DNA of 57,914 nt, from assembly GCA_964596405.1 (NCBI GenBank), contig CAZQSS010000001.1, forward strand, positions 23,020-80,933, in the 5' to 3' direction. The position numbers and the translations under genes are program-made. Source of the stretch: an uncultured Gammaproteobacteria bacterium (GTDB lineage Bacteria > Patescibacteriota > Patescibacteriia > Magasanikbacterales > UBA10003). This document shows positions 10,123 through 18,813 of this stretch, piece after piece; the stretch's first letter is position 1; every line of letters starts with the position of its first letter. The notes below the pieces were generated by a model. It did not search any database, had not been told where the DNA came from, and saw only the letters and a program-made list of their open reading frames with translations.

Positions 10123-11325
10123 TTAGTTGCTCAAGTAGCCTAAGGGGTCCACCGGCAGGCCATTTTCACGCACTTCAAAGTGTAAATGCGGGCCGGTTGA
10201 AAAGCCGGCGCCGGGGGTGCCCGGCAAGCCGCCGCTATTGCCTAAAATCGCGCCCCGTTCTATAAAATCGCCTTCGGTAACGTTTATTCGCGACAAATGA
10301 GCATACAATGTGGCGATGCCGTTGTTGTGAATGATCATAACGCTGTTGCCATAACCGCCGCGGCTGTTGCTGTAACGCACCCAAGCCACATAACCGGCCG
10401 CGACCGCTTTGACAGACGTGCCTTGCGAGACTCTTATGTCCAAACCAGAATGTTCAAATAAAAATCTAAACGGATAAGTGGGATCGTGAAAATAAACGGT
10501 AATGCCGCCAGCGGTTGTTACCGGCCAAGAAAAAGAGATTTCGCCGGTTTCCAGTTTGTTTTTTTGAGCCAGCTCTTTTTCAATTCGGCGCTGCAGGGCC
10601 GCCACCTCTTGATCAAATGAACTATATTCTTGGCGTAATTGGGACAATAAGGTTTTAAATTTGTTTTCTGAGAGCTTAGTTTGGGCCAAAATATAGTTTT
10701 TGGCTTCTTTTTGTTCATTTAGTTGTCCCCTTCTTTCCAGTAAAGTTTTTTTGACCTCAACTATTTTATCTTTTTTGGTTTGGGCGATTTTTTGTTTAGC
10801 TTCCAGTTCGGCGCGTTCAGTTTTTATTTGCTGGAGCAATCGGTTAATTTCCGCGTTAACGTTTTCTAGGTATTTGATTTGGTCAAAATATTCGGAAAAA
10901 GACCCGCTGCTCAACAGTATCTTTATATAACTTTTTTGATCATTAACACTGATTAAACGAAGCAGGGTGGCAATGATGCCCCGCTGTTTTTGGATTTTTT
11001 GTTCTTTGGCTTTTATCTCTATATCCAAAGATTTTATTTCAAGATCCAGGGTGCTAATATTGGCTTCGGCCATCTGAACATCCAATTCCGTTTTGGCAAT
11101 CCGGCTGTTGAGCAAGGCCATCTGATTTTTTAGAGACAGGCCTTCAGTTTGTTTTTGTTCTATGTCTTTTTTGTAAACATTAATTTTATCTTCCAATTGT
11201 TGCATGGCATCTTTTTTTTCTTTAATTTGCCGGTTAATGTCCTCTAAGGGGTCGGCAGAAAGCGCCCCCCGAAGAGGCGCAAATATAAAAATAACCGCTA
11301 AAACTAAACAAAAAAGTCGTTTCAT
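10123..11325 (-). CDS. M23 family metallopeptidase with long coiled-coil N-region (EnvC-like architecture)
   Basis: 400 aa with a signal peptide, about 250 aa of coiled coil, and a LytM/M23 core (GLDIRVSQGTSV, TGPHLHFEVR). Confidence 0.85.
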   Translation of the reverse strand: MKRLFCLVLAVIFIFAPLRGALSADPLEDINRQIKEKKDAMQQLEDKINVYKKDIEQKQTEGLSLKNQMALLNSRIAKTELDVQMAEANISTLDLEIKSLDIEIKAKEQKIQKQRGIIATLLRLISVNDQKSYIKILLSSGSFSEYFDQIKYLENVNAEINRLLQQIKTERAELEAKQKIAQTKKDKIVEVKKTLLERRGQLNEQKEAKNYILAQTKLSENKFKTLLSQLRQEYSSFDQEVAALQRRIEKELAQKNKLETGEISFSWPVTTAGGITVYFHDPTYPFRFLFEHSGLDIRVSQGTSVKAVAAGYVAWVRYSNSRGGYGNSVMIIHNNGIATLYAHLSRINVTEGDFIERGAILGNSGGLPGTPGAGFSTGPHLHFEVRENGLPVDPLGYLSN

Positions 11326-12809
11326 TGTGATTTTAGTTTACGGACAGCTGAGTTTAATCGTGATAAGGTTTCTTTTTGGCCTAAAACGCCGGCAATTTCA
11401 AACGGCCCCGGTGACTTTTCCAGTCCGGATAAAGCCACGCGCATTGGCCAAAGAGTTGTGCCGTTGTCTAAATTTTCTTTCTTTATCATCTCCATAGTTC
11501 CCTGCTCCAGCGCATCTTTAGTCCATTTTCCTTTCCATGTGTCGTAAAATGTTAAGATTTTTTCCAGTCTCAAGAGAGTGGTGCTCGCATCGCTTTTGCG
11601 CCAAACCAATATTTTAGCCGAAAAATCCGGCACTTTAAAAAAGAAAGCCACGGCCCCTGGCAGGTCAGAAAGTTTAGTCAATCTTTCTTGTTCTAGGGCT
11701 GTAATTGCCTCCAGTAAACTCTTCTCCCCCGCCAGCCCCGCTTCTTTAAAATACGGCAGGCAAAGTTCAGTTAATTTTTTAAGCGGCATTTTTTTGATGT
11801 ACTCGCCATTCATCCATTCCAGTTTTTCCAAATTAAAAACCGCGCCGGCTTTTTGCACTTTGGCCAAGCTGAATCCCTTTATCAATTCATCTAAAGAAAA
11901 GATTTCTTTTTCCGTACCCGGATTCCAGCCCAAAAGAGCGATAAAATTAATTAAGGCTTCTGCCAAGTAGCCTTTTTTTAGATAATCCTCTACTGCCACG
12001 TCGCCCTGTCGTTTAGAGAGTTTGGAACGGTCCGGATTGAGAAGTAATGGAATGTGGGCATAGGCCGGCGCCGACCAGTCAAAAGCCTTAAAGAGTTGAA
12101 GATGTTTAGGGGTTGAAGAGAGCCATTCGTCGCCACGGATAACATGACTCGTTTCCATCAGGTGATCATCAACCGCGTGAGCCAGGTGATAAGTTGGAAA
12201 ACCGTCGGATTTGACCAAAACCTGATCGTCAATAAGTTTGTTTTCAAATTTTACTTCGCCGTGAATTAAATCTTGAAATATTGTCTGGCCCTCTTTGGGC
12301 ATATTCATCCGGATCACGTGTTTTTCGCCGGCCGCCAATTTTTTCTTTATTTCGGCTGGAGTTAAATTGTGGCACAAGCCGTCATACATGGTGGGTTGCT
12401 TGTTTGTCTCCTGTGTTTTGCGCAATTGATCTAAACGATCAGCCAAACAAAAACAATAGTAAGCGTGACCCTTGGCCACCAGCTCGTCGGCATATTTTTT
12501 ATAGATGTCCAGCCTCTGGGATTGAAAATACGGTCCATATTTGCCTTTTTCCGTTATTTTGCCGTTTTTTAATACCGGCCCCTCGTCTATTTCAAACCCC
12601 ACGGTTTCAATAGTTTTCAAAAGCGCCTCAACCGCGCCCGGCACGTAACGGGACTGGTCTGTATCTTCAACGCGCAAGAAAAAGACGCCCTTATTTTGCT
12701 TGGCAAACAAGTAATTATAAAGCGCGGTGCGCAACCCGCCTACGTGCAAAAAACCCGTGGGACTGGGAGCAAAACGGACACGAACTTTTAGTTTTGATTT
12801 ATCAATCAT
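11322..12809 (-). CDS. gltX: Glutamyl-tRNA synthetase
   Basis: 495 aa with a HIGH-type motif (PSPTGFLHVGGLRTA) and KMSKS-type KLSKR. Its stop forms an ATGA overlap with the downstream M23 gene. Confidence 0.93.
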   Translation of the reverse strand: MIDKSKLKVRVRFAPSPTGFLHVGGLRTALYNYLFAKQNKGVFFLRVEDTDQSRYVPGAVEALLKTIETVGFEIDEGPVLKNGKITEKGKYGPYFQSQRLDIYKKYADELVAKGHAYYCFCLADRLDQLRKTQETNKQPTMYDGLCHNLTPAEIKKKLAAGEKHVIRMNMPKEGQTIFQDLIHGEVKFENKLIDDQVLVKSDGFPTYHLAHAVDDHLMETSHVIRGDEWLSSTPKHLQLFKAFDWSAPAYAHIPLLLNPDRSKLSKRQGDVAVEDYLKKGYLAEALINFIALLGWNPGTEKEIFSLDELIKGFSLAKVQKAGAVFNLEKLEWMNGEYIKKMPLKKLTELCLPYFKEAGLAGEKSLLEAITALEQERLTKLSDLPGAVAFFFKVPDFSAKILVWRKSDASTTLLRLEKILTFYDTWKGKWTKDALEQGTMEMIKKENLDNGTTLWPMRVALSGLEKSPGPFEIAGVLGQKETLSRLNSAVRKLKSQ

Positions 12810-12847
12810 ATGCTCTATATTATACTTGTTTTTGCTTTAAAATTCAA

Positions 12848-14128
12848 TTATTTTGAAATTAAATGGCCACATTCTTTAAGCAGGATTTCCAATGATTCGC
12901 GGCGGAATGGGTGCAGTATTTTTTTGAATTCTTCTAGTGAAACCCATTTATAGTCGTCAAATTCATCTTCATCAACTTTAATATCACTGCCGTCGCCAAA
13001 GTATTGCAGAAGAAAGATTTGTTTGGCTTGTCCGCGATATTGCCCCCGGCAGGCGCGACGCATATAAGCAATAGCCCAATCATACGAGACGGCTTTGGAG
13101 CACTGGGCGACAATCCGGACGGCCGTAATACCGGTTTCTTCTTTGATTTCACGCAAAACGGCGTGTTCTGCTGTTTCGTTTTTATTAATTCCGCCTTGGG
13201 GCGGCTGCCAGCAATCCAATGAATCTAAACCGCAACGCCGTCTTTTGGCAATAAAGAATTTTCCTTCTTGGTTTATAATAAAACCAAGGGCGCCCTGGCG
13301 ATAAGGTCTGACGAGTTGGCGTTTATAGCTATAAATTAAAAATCCAAAACTAACAATGGCTTTCCAAATACGCCGGATACGTTTGCGCGGTTCTTGGACT
13401 AGTCGCCAAAACCATTCCAGCCCCAACCGACGCAAAAATTCAGGAGCGTAGCTGATTTTACCGGAGAGGTAATCAAAAGATCCGCCTACGCCCATGCCGA
13501 TTTTTGTCGACGGCAATTCACCAATAAATTCGGCCAACCATTTTTCCTGTTTTTTGTGACCGAAAGCGACAAACAACACGTCAGGCGCCGCCCTGTTTAT
13601 CCTATCCAGCAGTTCCTGATTAGCTTGCTGGTCAAAAGACATTCCGACTAAGTATTTGGTATTTGGTATTTGGTATTTAGAATTTGTTTGGGATTTGGGA
13701 TTTGGAATTTGGAATTTAATGACAATTCCCATCTCCATTCCCACAATTTTCAGATTAGGGTATTTTTTTAACAAAACTGATGCTGTTTGCGCTGCTATCC
13801 CCTTCTTCCCGCCCACCAGATAAATTGATTTGTTTTCTTGAGCGGCCAATTCGCAGATTTTCTCCATCAATTCCACGCCCGGAAAGCGATTCAGAAAAAT
13901 TTTGTAGAGGTATCTGGCGGCCAGAACCAAACCAAAACCGTCGGCCGGCGCCAAGTCGGCTTTGTTCAGGGCGGTTTTAAAAAACCAATCGGTTTGCGAA
14001 TCCACCAGCATTTCCGGATTTGGAGTAAAAATTAAATGTTGCTGGCCATCAACTAAAAAATTCCGCACACGGGAAAGTGTTTCCGATTGATTTAGATTAC
14101 TGATATTGACACCAAGAATGTTTATCAT
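12848..14128 (-). CDS. Fusion protein: WecG/TagA-type glycosyltransferase (GT26) N-domain plus RppH-like Nudix hydrolase C-domain
   Basis: A single 426-aa ORF. The N-half has the TagA pattern (IFTPNPEM, ADGFGLV, DVLFVAFGHKKQEKW, GVGGSFDY, EWFWRL). The C-half carries the Nudix box GGINKNETAEHAVLREIKEETGI, preceded by WQPPQGG. Confidence 0.8.
   Translation of the reverse strand: MINILGVNISNLNQSETLSRVRNFLVDGQQHLIFTPNPEMLVDSQTDWFFKTALNKADLAPADGFGLVLAARYLYKIFLNRFPGVELMEKICELAAQENKSIYLVGGKKGIAAQTASVLLKKYPNLKIVGMEMGIVIKFQIPNPKSQTNSKYQIPNTKYLVGMSFDQQANQELLDRINRAAPDVLFVAFGHKKQEKWLAEFIGELPSTKIGMGVGGSFDYLSGKISYAPEFLRRLGLEWFWRLVQEPRKRIRRIWKAIVSFGFLIYSYKRQLVRPYRQGALGFIINQEGKFFIAKRRRCGLDSLDCWQPPQGGINKNETAEHAVLREIKEETGITAVRIVAQCSKAVSYDWAIAYMRRACRGQYRGQAKQIFLLQYFGDGSDIKVDEDEFDDYKWVSLEEFKKILHPFRRESLEILLKECGHLISK
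13652..13718 (-). repeat. Imperfect heptanucleotide tandem repeats inside the TagA domain CDS
   Basis: The + strand reads GTATTTG x3, GTATTTA, GAATTTG, then ATTTGGG x2 and ATTTGGA x2. This translates in frame as KFQIPNPKSQTNSKYQIPNTKY. Confidence 0.85.
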
Positions 14129-14173
14129 AAGAAGCCTCTTTTAAATAGTATAGCATTTTAAGGCAAAAATGAC

Positions 14174-14197
14174 AAAAAATCCGCCTTCTTGGGCGGA
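14174..14197 (-). terminator. Stem-loop plus T-run after the M14-like gene
   Basis: The minus strand reads TCCGCCCAAGAAGGCGGATTTTTT immediately after the stop at 14199. Confidence 0.6.
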
Positions 14198-14198
14198 C

Positions 14199-15020
14199 TT
14201 ATTGTCTTAAGAGAAAATTCAGTAATTTGATATAAAAACCTATCCTTTTTGCCAAGCTGGTTTGAATAGGGGCTTCGGTGGCGAGAACGAGTGGCGTGCC
14301 GCGATAGAATGCCCAATTTTCCAACGAGCCCTCAGCGGTCATAGTTCTCAAGTTTTTGTTTAAACGATAAGTAATCACCCCGTCTTTGGCCACACAGCCT
14401 TCAATCAGGCGTTTTTTATAAATCGGAAAAAACCGTTTAGCGAATTTGATAATTTTTTTCGCCACGCCACTTTCTTTGTGTTCTAAAATGTATAAATAAA
14501 ATTCTTTTCTTTCAAAGTCTTCGTGCAAAGTGTGCAGAATATCAATTTTCTCATTTTTTAAAAAATTGCAAATAATTTTATTTTCCGCTACCAGTTTTTT
14601 ATCAAAAAAATGACGGTTAATATCCCAACCCAAAAAGTTCTTTCTCACTCCCCTGTCAAAGCCGGTTGGGTTGGCCACGGGCAAAATGATGATTTTAGTT
14701 TTGGGATATTTTTTAGGTTGAAAAGTTTGGAGGAATTTTAATAGCGCTAACGGGCCGGCCGGCTCCTCGCCATGCAGCCCACCCACCAAACAAATGGTGC
14801 GTTGAATTTTTGGACTATTATTGAACGTAATGGCAAAAATCGGATACTCTTTTTTGTGTCCCCGCCTCTTCTGCCTCATCGGCAGACAGGTCGGCGGGCA
14901 GGCCTGCCTGTCCGGTAGGCAGGCAACAACTCCGATTTTTTGTAATCTAAATCCTCGCTTTTTACATAAAGTGGTCAAAGTTTTCACATAATTGCTGTAA
15001 ACGACGGGTTTTTCTAGCAT
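14199..15020 (-). CDS. M14 / succinylglutamate-desuccinylase-type zinc carboxypeptidase-like protein
   Basis: 273 aa with the zinc motif GGLHGEEPAG and NPTGFDRGVRKNFLGWDINRHF. It carries an N-terminal in-frame GC-rich insert. Confidence 0.6.
   Translation of the reverse strand: MLEKPVVYSNYVKTLTTLCKKRGFRLQKIGVVACLPDRQACPPTCLPMRQKRRGHKKEYPIFAITFNNSPKIQRTICLVGGLHGEEPAGPLALLKFLQTFQPKKYPKTKIIILPVANPTGFDRGVRKNFLGWDINRHFFDKKLVAENKIICNFLKNEKIDILHTLHEDFERKEFYLYILEHKESGVAKKIIKFAKRFFPIYKKRLIEGCVAKDGVITYRLNKNLRTMTAEGSLENWAFYRGTPLVLATEAPIQTSLAKRIGFYIKLLNFLLRQ
14881..14923. repeat. GC-rich palindromic element inserted in frame in the CDS
   Basis: GGCAGACAGGTCGGCGGGCAGGCCTGCCTGTCCGGTAGGCAGG. Related copies lie at 16776-16795 (intergenic) and 39135-39151 (inside nifS). 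Confidence 0.7.
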
Positions 15021-15061
15021 ATCTTATATTACCAATATAGTCGAAAATAACGGTTTAGTCA

Positions 15062-15098
15062 AAGAAAAAGACCCGGTAGTTTTGCCAGGTCTTTTTGG
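15062..15098 (-). terminator. Stem-loop plus T-run after the small-membrane-protein cluster
   Basis: The minus strand reads AAAAAGACCTGG-CAAAACTA-CCGGGTCTTTTTCTTT. Confidence 0.6.
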
Positions 15099-15107
15099 TG
15101 TTATTGA

Positions 15108-15290
15108 TTACTTTTTATGAGCCCACTGAGCGAGCTTCAGGATGAGGGCGCCCAAACCTGCATACATCGCCATGTGGAGAGCGTGGGCGGCTGAGTTGGC
15201 GGTTTTAAAATCAATTCCGATAGCAGCGTCAATACTTGTGACAACCATCACGCCAACGATTATAACTAAGATAAATACGGCGTTTTTCAT
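15108..15290 (-). CDS. Small membrane protein (60 aa), function unknown
   Basis: I used the internal ATG of the 118-aa ORF, because the longer version overlaps the upstream gene. The protein has two hydrophobic segments. Confidence 0.4.
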   Translation of the reverse strand: MKNAVFILVIIVGVMVVTSIDAAIGIDFKTANSAAHALHMAMYAGLGALILKLAQWAHKK

Positions 15291-15304
15291 GCAATCATCT
15301 TTTT

Positions 15305-15616
15305 TTAGGCGCCGGAAAGAGCTAAAACCAAAATGAAGACAAGAATGCTGGCAAAAAAGATGTAATTGCCGATTTTCCCGCCACGTGTCTCTTCTTTGTC
15401 GGCGAGGATCACGAAAGCACCAATGAGAAGCGTGATCAACGGCGCAAAAATCGTGATTCTCCAAAAAACCTGCCTGGCTTTGAGTGATTCGGAGTCAGTG
15501 GTCTGACCGTCGGCTGTGCAGACACCGCCTTCGGGAATTGGAGTGAAAAATTTTGGGGCAACGACGACCGCCATCCCCAGACAAAGAACAACTATAAGGG
15601 CTGTTAAGATTTTCAT
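15305..15616 (-). CDS. Small membrane protein (103 aa) with signal-like N-terminus
   Basis: MKILTALIVVLCLGMAVVVA leader followed by two further TM segments. Confidence 0.45.
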   Translation of the reverse strand: MKILTALIVVLCLGMAVVVAPKFFTPIPEGGVCTADGQTTDSESLKARQVFWRITIFAPLITLLIGAFVILADKEETRGGKIGNYIFFASILVFILVLALSGA

Positions 15617-15628
15617 GATTAGCCCCCG

Positions 15629-16027
15629 TTAGAAGAGAATAGCCAGGATAAAGGGTCCAAGCAACACGCCCGCCACACCTAGTATCAGGAAAACAAGACC
15701 AAGTGTTTTGAGGGTCTTATTGCCGTCCTCAAATCTTGTGAGCAAAGACATGCCGACAACAATCAGGAAAAACGTAACGATGACCATAGGCATAAAATAT
15801 GGATCGGCCGGACTGTCTTTTGCCGGCGGCGAGGCAGGAGCCACGACAACCGGCGGTTTGGGAGTCGGAATTGATGGCTTTGTAGTCTGGTCGATGGTGG
15901 CATGAGCCGCCTCGGTCAGAGCCTTGGCAATGACGTAGGCCACGCCCTGCGCTGCGCCGAAAATCAGACCCACACCGATGGCAAAAGCCACGACATAGAT
16001 AATGACCTTCTTCAGCTTCGGATTCAT
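15629..16027 (-). CDS. Membrane protein (132 aa) with Pro-rich linker
   Basis: TM helix, PTPKPPVVVAPASPPAKDSPADP linker, then two TM helices. GGAGGAGG lies before the ATG. Confidence 0.5.
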   Translation of the reverse strand: MNPKLKKVIIYVVAFAIGVGLIFGAAQGVAYVIAKALTEAAHATIDQTTKPSIPTPKPPVVVAPASPPAKDSPADPYFMPMVIVTFFLIVVGMSLLTRFEDGNKTLKTLGLVFLILGVAGVLLGPFILAILF

Positions 16028-16029
16028 TT

Positions 16030-16236
16030 TCAGTCCTCCTCTTCCTTTTCTTTTTCGGGTTTATTTGACTTGGTGAATAAAACAAAAAGCCACACAACCA
16101 AACTTACCAGCTCTATTCCCAACATAAAACCAAGAAACCAATTGCCATTAGAGGATTTTTGAGCCAGAAATCCCCCACCCAAGCCGCCGAGCAGAATAAA
16201 CAGTAAGGTGACGTAAGCTATTATCTTTTTGTTCAC
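16030..16236 (-). CDS. Small two-TM membrane protein (68 aa) with acidic tail
   Basis: GTG start preceded by AAGGAG. Its stop is 2 nt from the start of the next gene. Confidence 0.5.
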   Translation of the reverse strand: MNKKIIAYVTLLFILLGGLGGGFLAQKSSNGNWFLGFMLGIELVSLVVWLFVLFTKSNKPEKEKEEED

Positions 16237-16290
16237 TTGGTCTCCTTTTTAAGAGTGTTTAGATTTTAAAAGTTCTGGATAAACAATAAC

Positions 16291-16322
16291 AAAAAAAGAG
16301 CAACCTGTCAATGCTCTTTTTT
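16291..16322 (-). terminator. Stem-loop plus T-run after the carbonic-anhydrase-like gene
   Basis: The minus strand reads AAGAGCATTGACAGGTTGCTCTTTTTTT. Confidence 0.6.
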
Positions 16323-16330
16323 GCTTATTT

Positions 16331-16753
16331 TTACCACACCTCTTCAAAGGCGACCTGACCCAACGGAGTAATTTTAGCTAAAACCATTTTTATCTCCAAG
16401 CCGCTAAACTTATCAGCGATGATTTTTTTGGCTTTTTTCATATCTTCCACATGTTGAGTATATTCGGCTCCGGTTGACTCAAAAGCATTGTGGCCGCCAT
16501 AGGCGCCGCAATCAGTGTGATTCATTAAAATTACCTGAGTGATGTGGTGTAGTTTTTGGGAAATTTCAATTTGGCGCAAAACCATTTCAACATAGCTCGG
16601 GTTGATCGGAGAAACCAGATTTTTAACGGCGCCGGCTAAAGAAACAATATCGCAGTTGTTCATCAAACGGTTGTCTTCCAGATATTTTTTAATGGCTTCA
16701 CCAAAACGAAAATCAATACAATGAAGAATGAGTGATTTGCAGGTGTGGGACAT
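16331..16753 (-). CDS. Short beta-class carbonic-anhydrase-like protein
   Basis: 140 aa with the CxDxR-type motif HCIDFR and the HxxC-type motif NHTDCGAYGG, which are the zinc-ligand pattern of beta-carbonic anhydrases. Confidence 0.5.
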   Translation of the reverse strand: MSHTCKSLILHCIDFRFGEAIKKYLEDNRLMNNCDIVSLAGAVKNLVSPINPSYVEMVLRQIEISQKLHHITQVILMNHTDCGAYGGHNAFESTGAEYTQHVEDMKKAKKIIADKFSGLEIKMVLAKITPLGQVAFEEVW

Positions 16754-16775
16754 ATTTCAATCTAAAATATTAAAC

Positions 16776-16795
16776 CTTGCCTACCGGCAGGCAGG
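16776..16795. repeat. GC-rich palindromic element (intergenic copy)
   Basis: CTTGCCTACCGGCAGGCAGG, related to the 14903-14923 copy. Confidence 0.6.
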
Positions 16796-16818
16796 TCTCA
16801 AATCTAAAAATATAAAAT

Positions 16819-17259
16819 TTATTTTTCAATTTGAGGATTGCCGTGTTTGGCAGGGTGACGGCGAGCCACGCGGAGGCGGGTCAGTTCGCGTTCAATTTTA
16901 CCGGCCAAAGCCGCATAATCAACATCGTCGGTATGTTTTTGTTTAAGCAGGTCTTCCGCTTGTTTGCGGGCCGCTTCAGCGCGGGTAATGTCAATATCTT
17001 TAGCCCGTTCGGCATTGTCGGCTAAAACCACCACGCGGTTCCCGGGCAGCACTTCAATGTAACCGCCGGCGCAGGCCAAAAATTCTTCTTCTTTGTTTTT
17101 TACAATTTTAAGTTCGCCGGGTTTCAAAATCGCCACCAGCGGTATGTGGTTGGGTAAAACGGTGATCTCGCCTTTTTGAGTAGGCAAAGTAACTTGATCC
17201 ACCTCTTCTTTGTAGACCACGCCTTCGGGAGTGGTGATTTCAAAGTTTAATTTGGTCAT
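16819..17259 (-). CDS. atpC: F1 ATP synthase epsilon subunit
   Basis: 146 aa counted from the ATG at 17259. Beta-sandwich plus helical hairpin, and the last gene of the atp operon. The longer GTG-started ORF runs into repeat element A1. Confidence 0.85.
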   Translation of the reverse strand: MTKLNFEITTPEGVVYKEEVDQVTLPTQKGEITVLPNHIPLVAILKPGELKIVKNKEEEFLACAGGYIEVLPGNRVVVLADNAERAKDIDITRAEAARKQAEDLLKQKHTDDVDYAALAGKIERELTRLRVARRHPAKHGNPQIEK

Positions 17260-17410
17260 ACCCAGTATATCAACCCCGCATGATTTCATCACTTGGGGGA
17301 GAGTTTATTTAGTTTAGTAAAGATTGTTTATTTTTTGATGACCCAGTTTTTTATCCGCCGCCTCTTTTTGGTCGCCCGAGGCGACCTTGCGGGGTTGTAT
17401 TACTGGGCAT
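17257..17410 (-). repeat. Long-stem intergenic element, family A copy 1 (atpD|atpC spacer)
   Basis: On the sense strand, ATGCCCAGTAATACAACCCCGCA pairs with TGCGGGGTTGATATACTGGGTAT, and the next G completes the atpC ATG. The arms are identical to those of the copies at 23595-23742 and 42788-42935. Confidence 0.85.
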
Positions 17411-17413
17411 AAA

Positions 17414-18802
<1,389 letters not shown>

Positions 18803-18813
18803 TTAAATTTAAA

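Noticed and set aside
15108-15464. A 118-aa ORF overlapping the neighbouring 103-aa gene, and the 122-aa ORF at 15729-16097.
   Set aside because: The long versions overlap better-supported membrane-protein frames and encode Arg/Cys-rich low-plausibility sequence. For the first ORF, the internal ATG at 15290 gives a clean non-overlapping 60-aa membrane protein.
17260-17292. A shared N-terminal peptide, M(M/I)KSCGVDILG, on the atpC ORF and on the atpB ORF (23598-23630). It looked like a conserved signal or leader.
   Set aside because: It is the translation of the 3-prime arm of the family A repeat from a GTG codon. Proper ATG starts immediately follow and give canonical subunit N-termini.
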